NCBI GenBank assembly: GCA_963662285.2
Contig: CAXXMV010000002.1
Coordinates: 992,001 to 1,056,000, forward strand
Length of the DNA: 64,000 nt
Origin: a bacterium
GTDB taxonomy: Bacteria > Hinthialibacterota > Hinthialibacteria > Hinthialibacterales > Hinthialibacteraceae
Reading direction: 5' to 3'
This document shows, piece by piece, positions 60,222 to 64,000 of the stretch. The notes beneath the pieces were generated by a model that did not search any database, had not been told where the DNA came from, and saw only the letters and a list, made by a program, of their open reading frames with translations. Positions within the stretch are counted from its first letter, which is position 1, and every line of letters begins with the position of its first letter. Made by a program: the position numbers and the translations under genes.

Positions 60222-61757
60222 ATGAAATTTCCTCGCGCTAGTGGAATCTTGTTGCACCCGACATCGCTGCCTGGACGTTATGGCATAGGCGATTTGGGCA
60301 TTGAAGCCTACCGTTTCGTGGATTTCCTGGTTGATGCCGGGCAGCGTTATTGGCAGGTTCTTCCGCTTGGTCCAACCAGTTACGGCGATTCTCCTTATCA
60401 GTGTTTTTCTGCCTTCGCCGGGAATCCGCTCTTGATTAGTCTGGATAAACTGGTTGAAGAAGGTTTGTTGTTGGAATCGGAACTGAGCGACGCGCCTGAT
60501 TTCCCTGAAAAGAAAGTCGATTATGGGCGGGTGATAGATTATAAACCTGGTCTCCTTCGTAAAGCATGGCAGCGTGTGTTGGAAGATAAACCAGAGCCGA
60601 TATGGCAAGAGTTCCATATCTTCTGTGATGAGAATAACTGGTGGCTGCATGATTATGCTCTTTTTATGGCTATCAAGGATGCTCATGGTGGTTATGTATG
60701 GACTGAATGGGAGGAGAACATCGCAAAACGCGATCCTGAATCCTTGCAGCAATGGCATGATAAAGTTGGTGATGAGGTTGGCGCCAGAAAATTCTGGCAA
60801 TTCCTCTTTTATCGTCAATGGTGGTCGTTGAAGACTTATTGCTATGAAAAAGGCATAAAGATTATCGGAGACATCCCTATTTATGTTGCGCATGACAGCG
60901 CCGATGTTTGGGCGCATCCGGAATTATATTATTTGGATGAAAAAGGCAACCCTACTGTGGTTGCAGGCGTTCCGCCCGATTATTTCAGCGCCACAGGTCA
61001 GCTGTGGGGCAATCCGATTTATCAATGGGGATTGATGGCCAAAAAAGGATACCAATGGTGGGTCGATCGTTTCCGGCAGTTGCTTACATCGGTTGATATC
61101 GTCCGGTTAGATCATTTCCGTGGTTTTGAATCCTACTGGGAAGTTCCCGCCCAAGAGAAAACCGCCGAAAATGGTACATGGCAGGCTGGACCCGGAGCGG
61201 CGTTATTTGAAACTCTGCAATTCACCTTAGGCGAGTTGCCTATTATCGCAGAAAATCTCGGCGTTATCACCGAAGAGGTTGAAGAACTGCGCCATAGGTT
61301 TGAATTTCCCGGTATGGCGATTTTACAGTTTGCTTTCGGCGCTCAAGCGGACTGTGTGGATTTACCTCATAATTATACTGATAATATGGCGGCTTATAGC
61401 GGTACGCATGATAATGATACTACTTTGGGGTGGTGGGAAGGTTCCGGCGAGGGCAGTACGCGTTCGGCTAAAGAAGTCAAGCAAGAGAAAAAATTCGCTA
61501 GTCAATATCTCAACACTGATGGAACTGAAATAAACTGGGTCTTTATCAGGGCCTTGATGTCGTCGGTAGCCAACATGGTAGTTTTCCCCCTTCAGGATAT
61601 TATTGGATTGGGGAATGAAGCGCGCATGAACCTGCCCGGTCGACCTGGCGGCAATTGGCAATGGAGATTTACCAAGAGCCAGTTGGATGATTCGATGGCG
61701 CAGCGCTTGAAGGAATTATGTATAACCTACGGAAGAAAAATGCCTAAAAATTCATGA
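60222..61757 (+). CDS. malQ: 4-alpha-glucanotransferase (GH77)
   Basis: GILLHPTSLP, WQVLPLGP, GDIPIYV, GVPPDYFS, RLDHFRG, GTHDNDT, RMNLPG. Confidence 0.96.
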   Translation: MKFPRASGILLHPTSLPGRYGIGDLGIEAYRFVDFLVDAGQRYWQVLPLGPTSYGDSPYQCFSAFAGNPLLISLDKLVEEGLLLESELSDAPDFPEKKVDYGRVIDYKPGLLRKAWQRVLEDKPEPIWQEFHIFCDENNWWLHDYALFMAIKDAHGGYVWTEWEENIAKRDPESLQQWHDKVGDEVGARKFWQFLFYRQWWSLKTYCYEKGIKIIGDIPIYVAHDSADVWAHPELYYLDEKGNPTVVAGVPPDYFSATGQLWGNPIYQWGLMAKKGYQWWVDRFRQLLTSVDIVRLDHFRGFESYWEVPAQEKTAENGTWQAGPGAALFETLQFTLGELPIIAENLGVITEEVEELRHRFEFPGMAILQFAFGAQADCVDLPHNYTDNMAAYSGTHDNDTTLGWWEGSGEGSTRSAKEVKQEKKFASQYLNTDGTEINWVFIRALMSSVANMVVFPLQDIIGLGNEARMNLPGRPGGNWQWRFTKSQLDDSMAQRLKELCITYGRKMPKNS

Positions 61758-61811
61758 TATTTTATCAGGTTTACTTATCCTTTATTGCATAAATGCATAG
61801 GAGGTATGGTA

Positions 61812-63206
61812 ATGGCGGCTCAACAGCGTCTTGGTTTTTGGCAGGTTTGGAATATGAGTTTTGGTTTTCTGGGCATCCAGTTCGGCTGGGGCTTACAGAT
61901 GGCCAATATGAGTTACATCTATGAATCGCTGGGTGCCGAGCCGCATCAGATTCCAATGTTGTGGTTGGCGGCGCCTTTAACCGGACTGATTGTGCAACCC
62001 ATAATTGGTCACATGAGCGATCGTACCTGGGGGTGGTTGGGACGTCGTCGGCCATACTTTCTGGTTGGCGCTATATTGAGTTCATGCGCATTGATCCTCA
62101 TGCCCAACTCATCGACCATGTGGATGGCCGCCGGATTGTTGTGGATATTGGATGCTTCGATCAATATCAGCATGGAGCCGTTCCGAGCTTTTGTGGCCGA
62201 TATCCTGCCCGAAGATCAACGCACCAGAGGCTTCGCCATGCAAAGCGTCATGATCGGACTGGGCGCTGTGATCGCGTCGGCCCTGCCCTGGCTGCTGATT
62301 AATGTCGGTGGTATGCAGCAAGAGGCGTCAGCCGGAAATTCTATCCCCCAAATAGTTAAACTTTCATTCTATATTGGCGCCATAGCGTTTATGGGCGCAG
62401 TTTTGTTGACCATATTCACCACCAAAGAACACCCGCCGGAAGATATAGAGGCTTTTCGCAAGAGAAAAGCGGAAAGCGCTGGTATTATAAAAAGCCTCAA
62501 AGAAATATTCGCCAGTATTGCCGCTATGCCGCGCACTATGAAGCAGCTGGCCTGGGTGCAGATATTTACCTGGTTGGGGCTTTTTTGCATGTGGCTCTAT
62601 TTCTCGGTCGCGGTGGCCCACAATATCTTTATGCAGGCCGATCCGGGAACGCCGTTGTATAATGAACTGCATCTGGCGGATGGATCATGGAATGTGGATT
62701 CGCCTAGATATAATGAACTGAAACTCAATGGAGTGGCCTGGGGCGGCATCTGTTTCGCTATGTATTCCGCTGTTTGTTTTGTGGTGGGTTTTTTCCTGCC
62801 TGCCTTAGCTAATGCAGTCGGGCGTAAGGCGGCGCATTCTATCTGCCTGTTGTGCGGCGCCGCTGGATTGTTATCGGTGGCGGTGATTCATAATCAATAT
62901 ATATTGTTGCTTTCTATGACTGGCGTTGGAATCGCCTGGGCCAGCATACTTTCGATCCCCTATGCAATCCTGTCCGGTTCGCTGCCGCCCAAGAAGATCG
63001 GCATATACATGGGGATATTTAATTTCTTTATTGTGCTTCCCGAAATTGTCGCCGCGCTGGGATTCGGGATGGTTATGGAGCATCTGCTGAATAACAACCG
63101 TATGGCGGCGGTGGTTTGCGGAGGCGTTTCTATGGTCATTGCTGCGGCGATGATGGTTCTGGTTGATGATCCCGGAGAAAAAGTCCCGGAGGTAGAAATA
63201 TCGTGA
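61812..63206 (+). CDS. MFS maltose/sucrose-type sugar transporter (SLC45/MalT-like)
   Basis: WNMSFGFLGIQFG, GRRRPY, MEPFRAFVAD, GIFNFFIVLPEI. Confidence 0.9.
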   Translation: MAAQQRLGFWQVWNMSFGFLGIQFGWGLQMANMSYIYESLGAEPHQIPMLWLAAPLTGLIVQPIIGHMSDRTWGWLGRRRPYFLVGAILSSCALILMPNSSTMWMAAGLLWILDASINISMEPFRAFVADILPEDQRTRGFAMQSVMIGLGAVIASALPWLLINVGGMQQEASAGNSIPQIVKLSFYIGAIAFMGAVLLTIFTTKEHPPEDIEAFRKRKAESAGIIKSLKEIFASIAAMPRTMKQLAWVQIFTWLGLFCMWLYFSVAVAHNIFMQADPGTPLYNELHLADGSWNVDSPRYNELKLNGVAWGGICFAMYSAVCFVVGFFLPALANAVGRKAAHSICLLCGAAGLLSVAVIHNQYILLLSMTGVGIAWASILSIPYAILSGSLPPKKIGIYMGIFNFFIVLPEIVAALGFGMVMEHLLNNNRMAAVVCGGVSMVIAAAMMVLVDDPGEKVPEVEIS

Positions 63207-64000
63207 GAGGTCTAATCCGGTTTTTCTATGGCGTCGCCTTGGTTGGAGTAATGGTTTTGGTGGTTGGCAGTAAAGCCTATGCAGCAGATGCGCCGGGCGT
63301 GACTAAAGTGGAACCGCCCAACTGGTGGCCGGGGCATACTATTAATCAAGTGCAACTGTTGATTCGCGGCCAGAATCTATCGGGCGCTGAAATTGAATCT
63401 TCTTATAATAAATTGATTGTTAAGAAGATTAGCGAAAATGAAAAGGGGACGTATTTGTTCGTTGAGGTGAAGATCGAAGAAGGCGCTGAGCCAGGTTCTT
63501 ATCCCTTTACTATCAAGACTAGCGATGGAAATGCAATCGCGCCATTTGAACTTGCTAAACCTCTGGTGCGCCAGGGGCGCTATCAGGGATTTTCTTCTGA
63601 AGATGTTTTTTACCTGCTGATGCCGGACCGTTTCGCCAATGGCGACCAGAGTAATGATGATCCCGAAATTTCCCGTGGTTTATATGACCGGAGCAAGGCG
63701 CGGTATTATCACGGCGGAGATTTGCAGGGCGTCATAGATCGTCTGCCATACTTAAAAGACCTGGGCATAACCACTATATGGATGAATCCTATCTATGACA
63801 ATGCCAACCAACTTAATCAGCGCGAGACCTATAATAAACAGGCTATCACCGATTATCACAGTTACGGCGCCACTGATTTTTATGCGGTAGACGAACATTT
63901 CGGTGATATGGCGTTGTTCCGTGAATTGGTAGACCGGGCGCATGAGATGGGTATCAAGATTGTACAGGATCAGGTCGCCAATCATACCGGACCTTATCAC
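63203..64000 (+). CDS. GH13 cyclomaltodextrinase/neopullulanase (SusA-like), 3' truncated by window edge; not in ORF track
   Basis: GTG overlapping the MFS stop; signal peptide; KVEPPNWW, YLLMPDRFANGD, HGGDLQG, LGITTIW, DQVANH. Confidence 0.9.
   Translation, partial: MRGLIRFFYGVALVGVMVLVVGSKAYAADAPGVTKVEPPNWWPGHTINQVQLLIRGQNLSGAEIESSYNKLIVKKISENEKGTYLFVEVKIEEGAEPGSYPFTIKTSDGNAIAPFELAKPLVRQGRYQGFSSEDVFYLLMPDRFANGDQSNDDPEISRGLYDRSKARYYHGGDLQGVIDRLPYLKDLGITTIWMNPIYDNANQLNQRETYNKQAITDYHSYGATDFYAVDEHFGDMALFRELVDRAHEMGIKIVQDQVANHTGPYH

Noticed and set aside
60159-60917. 252-aa antisense ORF
   Set aside because: Shadow of malQ
63752-64000. 82-aa minus-strand ORF at the window end
   Set aside because: Antisense to the GH13 gene running off the window on the plus strand

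Overview
Bacterial chromosomal window with mostly housekeeping and carbohydrate-utilisation genes: proC, larE, actP-like symporter, GH29 fucosidase, glpK, typA, sulfatases, a CE7 esterase and a malQ-MFS-GH13 maltodextrin cluster. Three paralogous GFTLIELLIVVAIIGILAAIAVPNFLNAQ pilin-like genes and a large PT-linker secreted protein suggest a Hinthialibacterota/Sumerlaeota-like lineage (inference only). I saw no rRNA, tRNA, CRISPR array or intact transposase. Most notable: (1) a membrane Cache-PAS-PAS-CBS-DUF294 protein, i.e. a receptor with a GlnD/GlnE-like nucleotidyltransferase output, near a DUF4212/ActP carboxylate transporter; (2) an uncharacterised cluster where two divergent paralogues and an unannotated 32-aa membrane peptide flank a 1147-aa helical-repeat lipoprotein; (3) a WYL regulator translationally coupled to an unknown gene; (4) a low-GC two-gene PIN module whose PIN gene is split by one in-frame TAA; (5) tandem B12-radical SAM paralogues, one degenerate, beside a ferredoxin; (6) several REP-like palindrome families with compensatory base changes, including a MITE-like element nested in a REP with an 11-bp target duplication; (7) a Fic remnant convergent with a VbhA-like ORF. 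All family assignments are by motif recognition and were not checked by database search.
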